NCBI GenBank assembly: GCA_041663145.1
Contig: JBAZRG010000005.1
Location: forward strand, 1 to 41,310
Direction: 5' to 3'
Source of the DNA: Minisyncoccota bacterium
Lineage (GTDB): Bacteria; Patescibacteriota; Minisyncoccia; Phycocordibacterales; PALSA-1337
DNA length: 41,310 nt
Positions 10,120 through 18,447 of the stretch are shown here, piece by piece. The notes under the pieces were generated by a model. That model did not search any database. It worked only from the letters and a program-made list of their open reading frames with translations, and was not told the origin of the DNA. Position 1 is the stretch's first letter, and each line of letters opens with the position of its first letter. Made by a program: the position numbers and the translations under genes.

Positions 10120-10300
10120 GAGGGGGATGATGAGTACGTTTTAAGAATCTGCGAAACTCGTTCATGAAATTTGCATGACAAAATGCTCTGGAATCACACA
10201 ATGTTGCACATTGGTGATTCCCTATACAGTCGCATTTTGTCGGCAATTTCTATTCACTCAGACAGTTCTCGATTCTTAAAACGTACTCATCATCCCCCTC
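10120..10300. repeat. 181-nt extended hairpin element with 30-bp perfect terminal arms (element C)
   Basis: Arms 10120..10149 (GAGGGGGATGATGAGTACGTTTTAAGAATC) and 10271..10300 are exact reverse complements. Inner helices are 10177-10186/10232-10241 (10 bp), 10190-10197/10214-10221 (8 bp) and CAATGT/ACATTG around the apex near 10206. It fills the pcrA-rsmA spacer. Confidence 0.9.
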
Positions 10301-10315
10301 CCACAAAGTTCTAAA

Positions 10316-11152
10316 ATGCAACTCATACCAAAAAAATCATTAGGTCAACATTTTTTGAATTCAAGACATGTTCTTGAACAGATAATTCAAGCTGCCGATA
10401 TAAAAGTGGGGGAGATAATCCTAGAAATAGGGCCTGGTACAGGCTTTTTGACTGATGCTTTGCTACATGCCAAAGCAAATGTCGTGGCTATTGAAAAAGA
10501 CGATCGAGCGTTCGAATTATTACAAGAAAAATATAGCGATCAAATATCTAATAAAAAACTCAAACTAATCAAAGGAGATATATTGGATCTCAAAATCGCG
10601 GATTTATTAAAATCCAGTGATTTTCCCGCACCTACGACCGAAAATGAATCGAAGATAGCTGATTATTCTATTGTCGCTAATATCCCTTATTATATTACTG
10701 GCGCAATACTTCAAAAATTCCTTGAAGAAGACTACAGACCAAAAAGAATGGTTCTATTGGTCCAAAAAGAAGTGGCTGATCGCATAGTCGCTCATGACAA
10801 TAAAGAAAGCATACTATCTGTATCAGTAAAGGCTTTTGGTTCTCCGAAAATCGCCCAAAGAGTGCCTCGTGGAGCATTTACACCACCACCTTCTGTAGAA
10901 TCAGCAATTCTCTGTATAGAAAACATCAACAATGAACGATTCACTTCAAATAATGTTGAAATATCGACTTTCTTTAAAATTGTGAAGAGTGGTTTTGCTC
11001 ACAAAAGAAAATTCCTAATGAGAAATCTGGAACAGGCTATGGAGGCTTCGAAAATCAAAGATATCTGGCAAAGATTGAATCTCAATGAAAAAATCCGTGC
11101 AGAAGACTTGAAATTAGAGGATTGGTTCCGAATTTCTGTTTTAATTAAGTAA
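10316..11152 (+). CDS. rsmA: 16S rRNA (adenine1518/1519-N6)-dimethyltransferase
   Basis: 278 aa. KSLGQHFL, the SAM motif ILEIGPGTGFLT and VANIPYYITGAIL are diagnostic of KsgA/RsmA. Confidence 0.95.
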   Translation: MQLIPKKSLGQHFLNSRHVLEQIIQAADIKVGEIILEIGPGTGFLTDALLHAKANVVAIEKDDRAFELLQEKYSDQISNKKLKLIKGDILDLKIADLLKSSDFPAPTTENESKIADYSIVANIPYYITGAILQKFLEEDYRPKRMVLLVQKEVADRIVAHDNKESILSVSVKAFGSPKIAQRVPRGAFTPPPSVESAILCIENINNERFTSNNVEISTFFKIVKSGFAHKRKFLMRNLEQAMEASKIKDIWQRLNLNEKIRAEDLKLEDWFRISVLIK

Positions 11153-11250
11153 CCTTCAGGAAATAACTTCCCTCCCGTCTCCTGCGGGCGCTAATCGCTA
11201 GCTACCCGTCCTCGGAGCACGGGAGGGAAGTTATTTCCTGAAGGTTACTT
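11147..11250. repeat. 104-nt hairpin element with 31-bp perfect arms and conserved apical core (element A)
   Basis: Arms 11147..11177 (AAGTAACCTTCAGGAAATAACTTCCCTCCCG) and 11220..11250 are exact reverse complements. The left arm includes the rsmA stop codon. The 42-nt loop carries CCTGCGGGCGCTAATCGCTAG...TCCTCGG, also present in element B. Confidence 0.9.
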
Positions 11251-11281
11251 AGAAAAATTATGTGAAAATAAAAGGTATCTC

Positions 11282-12301
11282 TTAAAGAGAGGACCCAACC
11301 ATCGGTGTTATGGCACCTTCGGAGGATATGCTTACGCAACCGGTACCGGCAAAAACACTACATTGACCGGCTCCAGGCATATATTCGCCGAGCAACCAAA
11401 CTGTAAATGGAATATTGTATGACAAAAAGGCCTGAGTTCCGGTCATATATGTGAGAAGTGCCGGATAAGTTGGTGGCAAAGGAGTGAGGGTAATCAACCA
11501 ATTTTGACTGCAAGAACAATAGAATGAAAAGAGTATGGCTCCACCAAAAGGCGAACCGGTAGTTTGCGCGTTGGCGATCTTTGGTTCGACAGTCCAGTTC
11601 AATTTTGCCAATATACGGCTCAACAACGGGCGAACTGGCGATTCTTTCGGAATATAATAAGAAATATTATTTTCAACCAAATCAATAAAAGTCTCTTGCA
11701 AGTTTGTCGATGTTGCTACATCTCTATATATAAGAGACTTTATTTTTTCTATTTCACTCTTTGCAATGCCTTTTTTCAAAGAAACAGTTTCGACTGCAGA
11801 TATAAATTTGTCTATATTTTTTAGGTTTGGATTCTCTGGATTTGAAGTTGAAGCTATATCTGTATCGTTATTTGTATTGTCCAAATTTTCATTCGACACA
11901 ACAGGAGCAACGACAACAGGGAAGGGTTTAGTGACTGAAATCGTCCCATTTAAGACTTTTCTAGTAGAATTTCCTACAATACCAGTCCCTCTGCTCAAAT
12001 CATTGGGTTTCAAAATATCATTCGGATACAATTCCTGAAAACGAATAACCGCCAAATGCGTTAAATTACCAAAATAAGTAGTTTCTTGACCTAAAGAACC
12101 ATAGCTCACACTACTAACCGTGGTTCTTGGGTCTTTATTTAGTATTTTTTGCAATTCACGCACATCTTCACCAGTCATACCCATCTTCAATGTTCTTTCG
12201 AAAGAAAAGGCATCAGCTTTATGTGAATCTGCAACGAATGTGAATAAGAAAATTAATCCAAAGAGCGTAATTTTCAGAATATTTAAGACCAATCTATTCA
12301 T
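11282..12301 (-). CDS. Secreted peptidoglycan-binding-domain protein with Cys-containing C-terminal domain
   Basis: ORF 11282..12310 (TTG). The ATG at 12301 gives MNRLVLNILKITLFGLIFLFTFVADSHKADA, which looks like a signal peptide. A PG_binding_1-like motif is present (LKMGMTGEDVRELQKIL...FGNLTHLAVIRFQ). The C-terminal ~100 aa contain four Cys (FYCSCSQNW ... GQCSVFAGTGCVS) in no family I recognise. Confidence 0.8.
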   Translation of the reverse strand: MNRLVLNILKITLFGLIFLFTFVADSHKADAFSFERTLKMGMTGEDVRELQKILNKDPRTTVSSVSYGSLGQETTYFGNLTHLAVIRFQELYPNDILKPNDLSRGTGIVGNSTRKVLNGTISVTKPFPVVVAPVVSNENLDNTNNDTDIASTSNPENPNLKNIDKFISAVETVSLKKGIAKSEIEKIKSLIYRDVATSTNLQETFIDLVENNISYYIPKESPVRPLLSRILAKLNWTVEPKIANAQTTGSPFGGAILFSFYCSCSQNWLITLTPLPPTYPALLTYMTGTQAFLSYNIPFTVWLLGEYMPGAGQCSVFAGTGCVSISSEGAITPMVGSSL

Positions 12302-12394
12302 CGCTTTCAATTATAGCATTCAAGCATTTACTTTATCGAATACTATCCCCATATTTTATATGAGCTTAGGCACTCTCTAAGCTATAATTATAGT

Positions 12395-13291
12395 ATGGCG
12401 ATTTTCTACCCGCGAAAACAAACGGCTATAATATTTATTGTATGTTTAGTGGTCATAATTGCTGCCATGTATTTCTCTGATACTAGTCTAGTAGCAAAAA
12501 AAGCCAAGCAACTGAACGACAGTTCGCCTGTGATCGCCGTAAAAACTGATGATACAAAGACAATAAAAACTCTTGATGGAAAAGACTGGAAAGAACAATT
12601 CTTTGATGTAACAAAAAACTCATCTGCTTATAAAGCAGAACCTCAGACAGAAGTAACGTCTATCGAAGAACCTGTCACGGTTACGGATCAGTTTGGTCGC
12701 GACTTTTTTGCCCGTTATATGTTACTGAAACAAAACAATCTAACTGAAGATGATGAATCAATAAAAGCCGTAATAGATCAAAGCATGGATGAGATAGCAA
12801 CGCAGGTATCTCAACCGAAACTCTATTTCAGAAAAGATATTCTGGTATCTGAAAATAGCGGACCTGTTGCCATAAAAACCTATGCCAATGCTGTAGGGTC
12901 TCTATTTTATGCAAAAGCTCCTCGCGAGAATGCCGCTCTCATAGCCAGTCAAGCTCTAGATGCCAATGATCCTGCGGAACTAGTCAGTATCCCCCCAATA
13001 ATCAATAGTTACACTGCACTTCTTGCTGATCTCAAACGTTTACCAGTACCAAAAGAGTTGGCTGATCATCATATCGATCTTATAAACGGTATAAGCGCCA
13101 TGCTTTTCGTCTCAGATGGGATGAACAAAGTCTTTACTGATCCGATCCAATCCCTCGTGGCACTCAATCTGTACGGAACAGCCCAAGATGCTTTGCGTGG
13201 ATCACTGCTTCAATTCAAAATATACTTCGCAGACAATAAAATATCTTTTACGCCTGCCGAGTATGGAAGTTTTTTTGCTACAATAAAATAA
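12395..13291 (+). CDS. Hypothetical N-terminally anchored protein (first gene of T4SS-like operon)
   Basis: 298 aa. One N-terminal TM (AIIFIVCLVVIIAAMYF) followed by a mostly helical-looking ectodomain. The next ORF starts 4 nt after its stop. The position would suit a VirB8-type bitopic component, but I see no sequence evidence for that. Confidence 0.7.
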   Translation: MAIFYPRKQTAIIFIVCLVVIIAAMYFSDTSLVAKKAKQLNDSSPVIAVKTDDTKTIKTLDGKDWKEQFFDVTKNSSAYKAEPQTEVTSIEEPVTVTDQFGRDFFARYMLLKQNNLTEDDESIKAVIDQSMDEIATQVSQPKLYFRKDILVSENSGPVAIKTYANAVGSLFYAKAPRENAALIASQALDANDPAELVSIPPIINSYTALLADLKRLPVPKELADHHIDLINGISAMLFVSDGMNKVFTDPIQSLVALNLYGTAQDALRGSLLQFKIYFADNKISFTPAEYGSFFATIK

Positions 13292-13295
13292 ATCC

Positions 13296-14993
13296 ATGCC
13301 TAAACTATTTACACATTTCAAAAAAACTTTCATAGGCTTAGGTATATTCGCTATTATTTTTACGTCTCTCGCTATCGCTCCTTCGAAGGCAGAAGCTCAA
13401 GCTGGTACCGTACCGATAGGCACGCACTTGGACTTCAATAGCATCATGGACCATCTCAAAGAGTTCGTTCTCGATAAAGCGGCAGTCGCAATCGCCAATC
13501 AAGTCCTCCAGAGAATGACCGCGAGCGTCGTCGGCTGGATCAATAGCGGTTTTGAGGGCAGTCCGGCATTCTTACAAAATCCAGAAGGATTCTTTCTCGA
13601 TGTAGCGGACCAAGTGACGGGTGAATTCTTGCTGGGTAGTCCTTTATCTGCGTTGTGTTCACCGATCAGTATCGATATTAGGTTATCTTTGGCTTTGAGT
13701 CAGACTGAAATGTTGCAAAATCGGTATACATGTACTCTAAACAAAATCATCCAAGCACAAAAAAACGGACCTGACATCACAATTAACGGTGAAGTCGTAA
13801 ATTCTTCTGGAGCAACGGACGATTTTACGAATGGTAATTTTTACGCAGGAGGTTGGGATGCATTCATGGCTCTAACGACTGAACCACAAAACAATCCTTC
13901 AGGTGCTTTCTTGATGGCGGAAAGCGATCTTAATGTCGCAATATCAGAAAAAAAGATAGCGATAAAAGCCGACCTACAAATGGGTAACGGATTTATGTCA
14001 TGGGAAAAATGTAAAGACGTCACAGCTCAAGCCAATGCTGGCGCATACGACAAGGAAGATCAACTATTCAAGAGTGGAAATCAAACTGTGAATACGGGCA
14101 AGACCGATCTCAATAAAAATACATCATTAAAATCCAAAGTTGATAAAAATGGCAATGTTACATATCAGGATTGTCAGGTTCAAACACCTGGCTCCGTGAT
14201 CGGCGGCACGTTACAAAGACAGCTAAATGTACCTGCTGATAAACTAGTCCTGGTAAAGACAATCAGTGACAGTATCGATGCCATAATGGGTGCATTGGTA
14301 AATCAGATGCTGACACAAGGTCTAGCATCACTCAGTAAAGGTGGATCATCGGTGAGTGGTGACGGTAGGGCATACCTCACGGAATTACAGGATGAAGCAA
14401 ACCGCAAAGACAACACTACTACACAAAGTCAGATCGCAGATGCATTGACGGTCCAAAACTCCAATCTCGAAAATTACAAATCGATATACGACGAAGCCGT
14501 GGCACTCATAACCTCAGTCCAAACTGCGTTAAATTCGGCTCGAGCATGTTTTGACACAAAATCGAAAAACCTAAGCTTGGGACAAGATAAGGAGATGAAC
14601 TATGCTCAGAACAAAATCGCAGGCATCGATACTATCATCGCCAACCGCATATATCCGATCTTACTCTCTGCACTCACAAAACAAAAAGAGGCGACAGATA
14701 TGCTTGCAGAACAAGAGCAACAGACGAATGATGCGGCATCAGGTATCGCTGGTGATTTCGTCCTCGATTCATCGAATGATCCGACTGTAAATCCATTTGA
14801 TGATTTCCAGGACTCAGTCGCAGACTCAGAAGTCGCACTAAAAGACAATCTTCAAGCCAGCACAATCGCTACCACCGATATAACAAAAGCAAGAAAAGAA
14901 TTGGAGGCAATCAGAAAAGAGACCGATTCACTCATGAAGCAATCTCAGGAATTCCAAGCTTCCTGCACAGCGTTTCCAAACAATATGGATTGA
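13296..14993 (+). CDS. Hypothetical secreted protein, 565 aa
   Basis: Signal-peptide-like N-terminus (FIGLGIFAIIFTSLAIAPSKAEA/QA), several Cys, and a Q/E/K/D-rich helical C-terminal third. Its stop TGA (14991-14993) overlaps the TTG at 14990 of the next ORF. Confidence 0.75.
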   Translation: MPKLFTHFKKTFIGLGIFAIIFTSLAIAPSKAEAQAGTVPIGTHLDFNSIMDHLKEFVLDKAAVAIANQVLQRMTASVVGWINSGFEGSPAFLQNPEGFFLDVADQVTGEFLLGSPLSALCSPISIDIRLSLALSQTEMLQNRYTCTLNKIIQAQKNGPDITINGEVVNSSGATDDFTNGNFYAGGWDAFMALTTEPQNNPSGAFLMAESDLNVAISEKKIAIKADLQMGNGFMSWEKCKDVTAQANAGAYDKEDQLFKSGNQTVNTGKTDLNKNTSLKSKVDKNGNVTYQDCQVQTPGSVIGGTLQRQLNVPADKLVLVKTISDSIDAIMGALVNQMLTQGLASLSKGGSSVSGDGRAYLTELQDEANRKDNTTTQSQIADALTVQNSNLENYKSIYDEAVALITSVQTALNSARACFDTKSKNLSLGQDKEMNYAQNKIAGIDTIIANRIYPILLSALTKQKEATDMLAEQEQQTNDAASGIAGDFVLDSSNDPTVNPFDDFQDSVADSEVALKDNLQASTIATTDITKARKELEAIRKETDSLMKQSQEFQASCTAFPNNMD

Positions 14994-14998
14994 TAAAA

Positions 14999-16906
14999 AT
15001 GAAGAAATATTTACCACAAATTATAATTTTAACCCTGATCGCAACGGTGTGTGCGGTATTTCCAACACACGTTGTTGATGCTGAAACAGGTGGTGCGGTA
15101 AATGCAATTCTCGGAACATTTTTCAATGTAACTTTTGGCACAGCCCTCCAACTCATTGGTTATATTCTATACACTGTCCTTACGATAGTAAGCTTTGGTC
15201 TGACCATGTCAGCCATGGTCCTCAATGCATCCATTTACCTAACGACTCACCTCGGTATATTTATAGACAATACTCCGGCAATATATACGGTTTGGCGTAT
15301 TCTTCGTGATATTTCTGGGATGTTTCTGATCTTCCTGCTTCTCATAGCCGCAATCCAAACGATCCTAGGCATACAAAAAGCAAACTATAAGCAAACTCTG
15401 ATCAGTATAGTTATTGTCGGTATATTGATAAATTTCAGCTTCTTCTTTACTACCGTCCTCATAGATGCTTCCAATGTCGTCTCGCTTCAATTATACAATT
15501 CTATAGCTCCTGATATTTCCGCTGTAGAATGTGATAGTGCGGCCGCAACATCTAAAAACGCCAATTCATATTTCAATTGCATATCTAGTTCAGTAATAGG
15601 TGCCAGAGCTGGCGGACTTGCTACAGTCATTACAAATTCACTAAACATTGTTCAGTGGCGAAGTAGTAAATCAACTCTACTTCAAACAGATGATAGGGTA
15701 CTAGGGTCGACAGATATAGGAGCTCGTATGATATTGGTAAATACGGCTGCTATATTCGTAACCATATTGGCCGCGCTCAGTATGTTAGCGGCTGCGGCTG
15801 CGGCGATATGGCGCATCTGTGTACTTATCATGCTATTGGCATTCTCTCCACTATGGATTGCCGGTTATGTTCTACCTCAAACCAAAGCCGAAGTATCCAA
15901 CAAATGGGTAAAACATCTGAAAGCAAATTTGATATTCCTACCTGTATATCTACTACTCATGTACGTTGTCTTAACTATCATTACCGCTCTAGATCTTGGC
16001 GCGCTCGGAAATATAGGGTCAACGAACGTCTCTGATGTTGCGAATATGACATGGTATGCACCATATCTGCAACTTTTCGTTGGTTTTTCGATCATTATAT
16101 TTATGATCAATCTTCCACTAGTAACTGCATTCAATATAGCCGGATCAACAGGCAACATCATCGAAAAAATCGCCAAGCAAGCTACTGGGACTATCAGTGG
16201 TTGGGCGAAGAAAGGTGCATTGGGTGGTGTCGGTATGGCATGGAACAATACTGGCGGACGGTTGGCTAGTAATGTCGGCAACAGTTCAACGCTCAGAAAT
16301 TTTGCTGCGCGAAGTGTAGTTGGTGGATTGGCCTTAAGAGGAGTCAAAGGAGTAGCCACAAATTATGATCGAAATATCGAAGAACAGGTAAAAACAAGAA
16401 CTAAATTTGCAGAATCACTTGGTCACGATCCACATGAATTGATTCCGTATCAAGCCCGATTAAAATCGTTAAATCTAGATCTGGTTTCAGCCAAATCTCG
16501 AAATGATAAAGTCGAAGTTGATAAGTTAGAGAAAACGATTGGCATAACTAAAGGTAAAATCGCAGAAATTGAAAACCGAAGGGCACGGACTTATGCAAAC
16601 AGACTCGAAACTTCAATCCTTTCTCGCATGAGTGTAAGTAATGGTATCGCCGCTGCAAAGATCCAAATCCCGATTCTTGAAAAAGAGATAACAAGAAAGA
16701 AAGAAGGTTTGAAGGAAATAAGAGACGATATCAAGCAACTAAACAAAGCAATTAGAAGCAATCCAGCTGCTGGAGGCATAGCGGCTGGAACAGCAAATGC
16801 CGCACAGCTAGCCGATCTCACAGATCTTTACAATCAAGAACTCGCTAAAGTTGGCTCTATTAACGCTGATGAATCAACCTTAGAAAATCTAAAATTATCA
16901 ACATGA
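14999..16906 (+). CDS. VirB6/TrbL-like polytopic membrane protein
   Basis: ORF 14990..16906 (TTG); the ATG at 14999 gives MKKYLPQ... About 8 hydrophobic helices lie in the first ~400 aa, including an Ala-rich segment (LAALSMLAAAAAAIWRICVLIMLLAFSPLWIAG). A ~230-aa hydrophilic coiled-coil-like tail follows. Topology and operon position match VirB6/TrbL/PrgH-type channel proteins. The call is by architecture, not by a recognised motif. Confidence 0.65.
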   Translation: MKKYLPQIIILTLIATVCAVFPTHVVDAETGGAVNAILGTFFNVTFGTALQLIGYILYTVLTIVSFGLTMSAMVLNASIYLTTHLGIFIDNTPAIYTVWRILRDISGMFLIFLLLIAAIQTILGIQKANYKQTLISIVIVGILINFSFFFTTVLIDASNVVSLQLYNSIAPDISAVECDSAAATSKNANSYFNCISSSVIGARAGGLATVITNSLNIVQWRSSKSTLLQTDDRVLGSTDIGARMILVNTAAIFVTILAALSMLAAAAAAIWRICVLIMLLAFSPLWIAGYVLPQTKAEVSNKWVKHLKANLIFLPVYLLLMYVVLTIITALDLGALGNIGSTNVSDVANMTWYAPYLQLFVGFSIIIFMINLPLVTAFNIAGSTGNIIEKIAKQATGTISGWAKKGALGGVGMAWNNTGGRLASNVGNSSTLRNFAARSVVGGLALRGVKGVATNYDRNIEEQVKTRTKFAESLGHDPHELIPYQARLKSLNLDLVSAKSRNDKVEVDKLEKTIGITKGKIAEIENRRARTYANRLETSILSRMSVSNGIAAAKIQIPILEKEITRKKEGLKEIRDDIKQLNKAIRSNPAAGGIAAGTANAAQLADLTDLYNQELAKVGSINADESTLENLKLST

Positions 16907-17982
16907 TATCATACGACGAAAATACAATATCAGAAAAGTTTTTGAAGTTGCCAGAGGAGATCCAAGTGGCTTTATCTTCTGTAGAAATCGGACGAACAAT
17001 AAAATCAATCGGTGACAAATACGAACTCAAGCTGGATCAAGAACAAATCTTATACGATCAAATAGGTCTTGTTATGCTTGGTTTATTGCCATCAAAAGAT
17101 TTTGTAAAAACATTTTCGAAAGAAGCCAATATTGAAAATGAAGTCTCACATCAAATAGCTTCGGATGTAAACAAAGAAGTCTTTGATAAATTGAAACTTT
17201 CGATGCGCGAAACAGAAGATGAACAAGAACTTCCTGAAACAAAAGTCCCCTCAATTGCTGACGCGTATAAAGAACGACCAACGATTGCGCCATTACCACC
17301 AACACCACCTGCTCCGGTAGTACCGAGAGTAGAAGTTCAAGAAGAAATGGGACCAGCGCCGAGATTTGAACCAAAACCTGAACCAGCACCGACACCACGA
17401 TTGGAGTCGAGATCTGAACCAGCGCCGACGTCAACACTTAGATCAACACCAGAACCGATTCCAGCTCCACAACCAAGACCTCAGTATACTCCACCAAAAA
17501 ATTTGGATGCTCTAACCTTCCAAAGGGAACCAGTCAAGCCACTATTTGACAGTGCAACTACAGAAAGAGATAGGGAAAAATATCTCTCACATCTTGAAAA
17601 TCCGCCTTGGAAAAAACAGCCTGAGATCAAAATTGAGAAAGAACAAAATGAACCAGAACAAGAACCAATACAACCAATTAACATAAACATCAAAAAAGAA
17701 TCAGACGTTGTAATACCCACTAATATAAACATTAAGAAAGAAACGAACACTGTACCACCAACACACACAGAACCACTTGTAGATCTATTACTCTCAAATT
17801 CGACTGGTCGACCGACTGAGATCACAAGAAACAAAGTCGAAGCGGCCGTACCAGAAAATTTACCAGTAGTTCCAAATGCGGAAAACCAAAGTCCACCAAC
17901 AGGAACTACCAAACCAACATCGCCGACGAACATTCCATCGCGACGAATCGGTCCTGATCCTTACAAAGAGCCGGTAGAGTAG
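16903..17982 (+). CDS. Hypothetical Pro-rich protein
   Basis: 359 aa with an ATGA start/stop overlap to the upstream gene. A ~110-aa helical N-domain is followed by P/E/T-rich repeats (PAPRFEPKPEPAPTPRLESRSEPAPT..; duplicated NINIKKE). No obvious TM or signal peptide. Confidence 0.65.
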   Translation: MISYDENTISEKFLKLPEEIQVALSSVEIGRTIKSIGDKYELKLDQEQILYDQIGLVMLGLLPSKDFVKTFSKEANIENEVSHQIASDVNKEVFDKLKLSMRETEDEQELPETKVPSIADAYKERPTIAPLPPTPPAPVVPRVEVQEEMGPAPRFEPKPEPAPTPRLESRSEPAPTSTLRSTPEPIPAPQPRPQYTPPKNLDALTFQREPVKPLFDSATTERDREKYLSHLENPPWKKQPEIKIEKEQNEPEQEPIQPININIKKESDVVIPTNINIKKETNTVPPTHTEPLVDLLLSNSTGRPTEITRNKVEAAVPENLPVVPNAENQSPPTGTTKPTSPTNIPSRRIGPDPYKEPVE

Positions 17983-18010
17983 GGTATACTATATAGTGAA
18001 ATAAACAAAA

Positions 18011-18445
18011 ATGCGTTTCCAAGTTCCCCAATTCATCGAAGTTGAAGATAAGATATTTGGTCCGCTGACCTTGAAGCAATTCATATATCTGGTCGGTGGA
18101 GGAGGTTTATCGTTTCTTATTTATACGATACTAGACAGTTTGATACTCTCTATCATTCCTATAGCCATCGTTATGGCCATATCGGCGACTTTTACCTTTT
18201 ATAGAGTCAACAATAAACCTTTTGTGGTTGTAGCCGAAAATGCATTCAAATATTTCTTTGGAAATAAGCTCTATATTTGGAAAAAACAGGACAATATAAA
18301 GCCAAAAGAGGATGAATCTGTAGATAAAGAAGTAAAAAATTATGCTTCCATCATGGTGCCGAAAATATCAGACAGTAAGCTAAAAGATCTGACGTGGAGT
18401 CTGGATATCAAAGAAAGCGTCTATTCAAACAAAAATCAAAGGTAA
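18011..18445 (+). CDS. PrgI-family (VirB3-like) small membrane protein
   Basis: 144 aa. The N-terminus MRFQVPQFIEVEDKIFGPLTLKQFIYLVGGGGLSFLIY plus a second TM matches the PrgI-family pattern of Gram-positive-type T4SS. It lies just upstream of the VirB4-like genes. Confidence 0.7.
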   Translation: MRFQVPQFIEVEDKIFGPLTLKQFIYLVGGGGLSFLIYTILDSLILSIIPIAIVMAISATFTFYRVNNKPFVVVAENAFKYFFGNKLYIWKKQDNIKPKEDESVDKEVKNYASIMVPKISDSKLKDLTWSLDIKESVYSNKNQR

Positions 18446-18447
18446 AT

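Noticed and set aside
11178-11251. Calling the long hairpins canonical Rho-independent terminators
   Set aside because: None is followed by a U-tract on either strand, and stems of 30-35 bp are far longer than typical terminators. They may still block transcription, but I do not label them as terminators.
15877-16359. 160-aa minus-strand ORF, and similar antisense ORFs at 17072-17437, 17481-17933, 20027-20434, 20444-20803, 20956-21324, 22785-23234 and 23719-24300
   Set aside because: All are embedded antisense in the tightly packed plus-strand operon. None has motifs or sensible starts, so I treat them as shadow ORFs.
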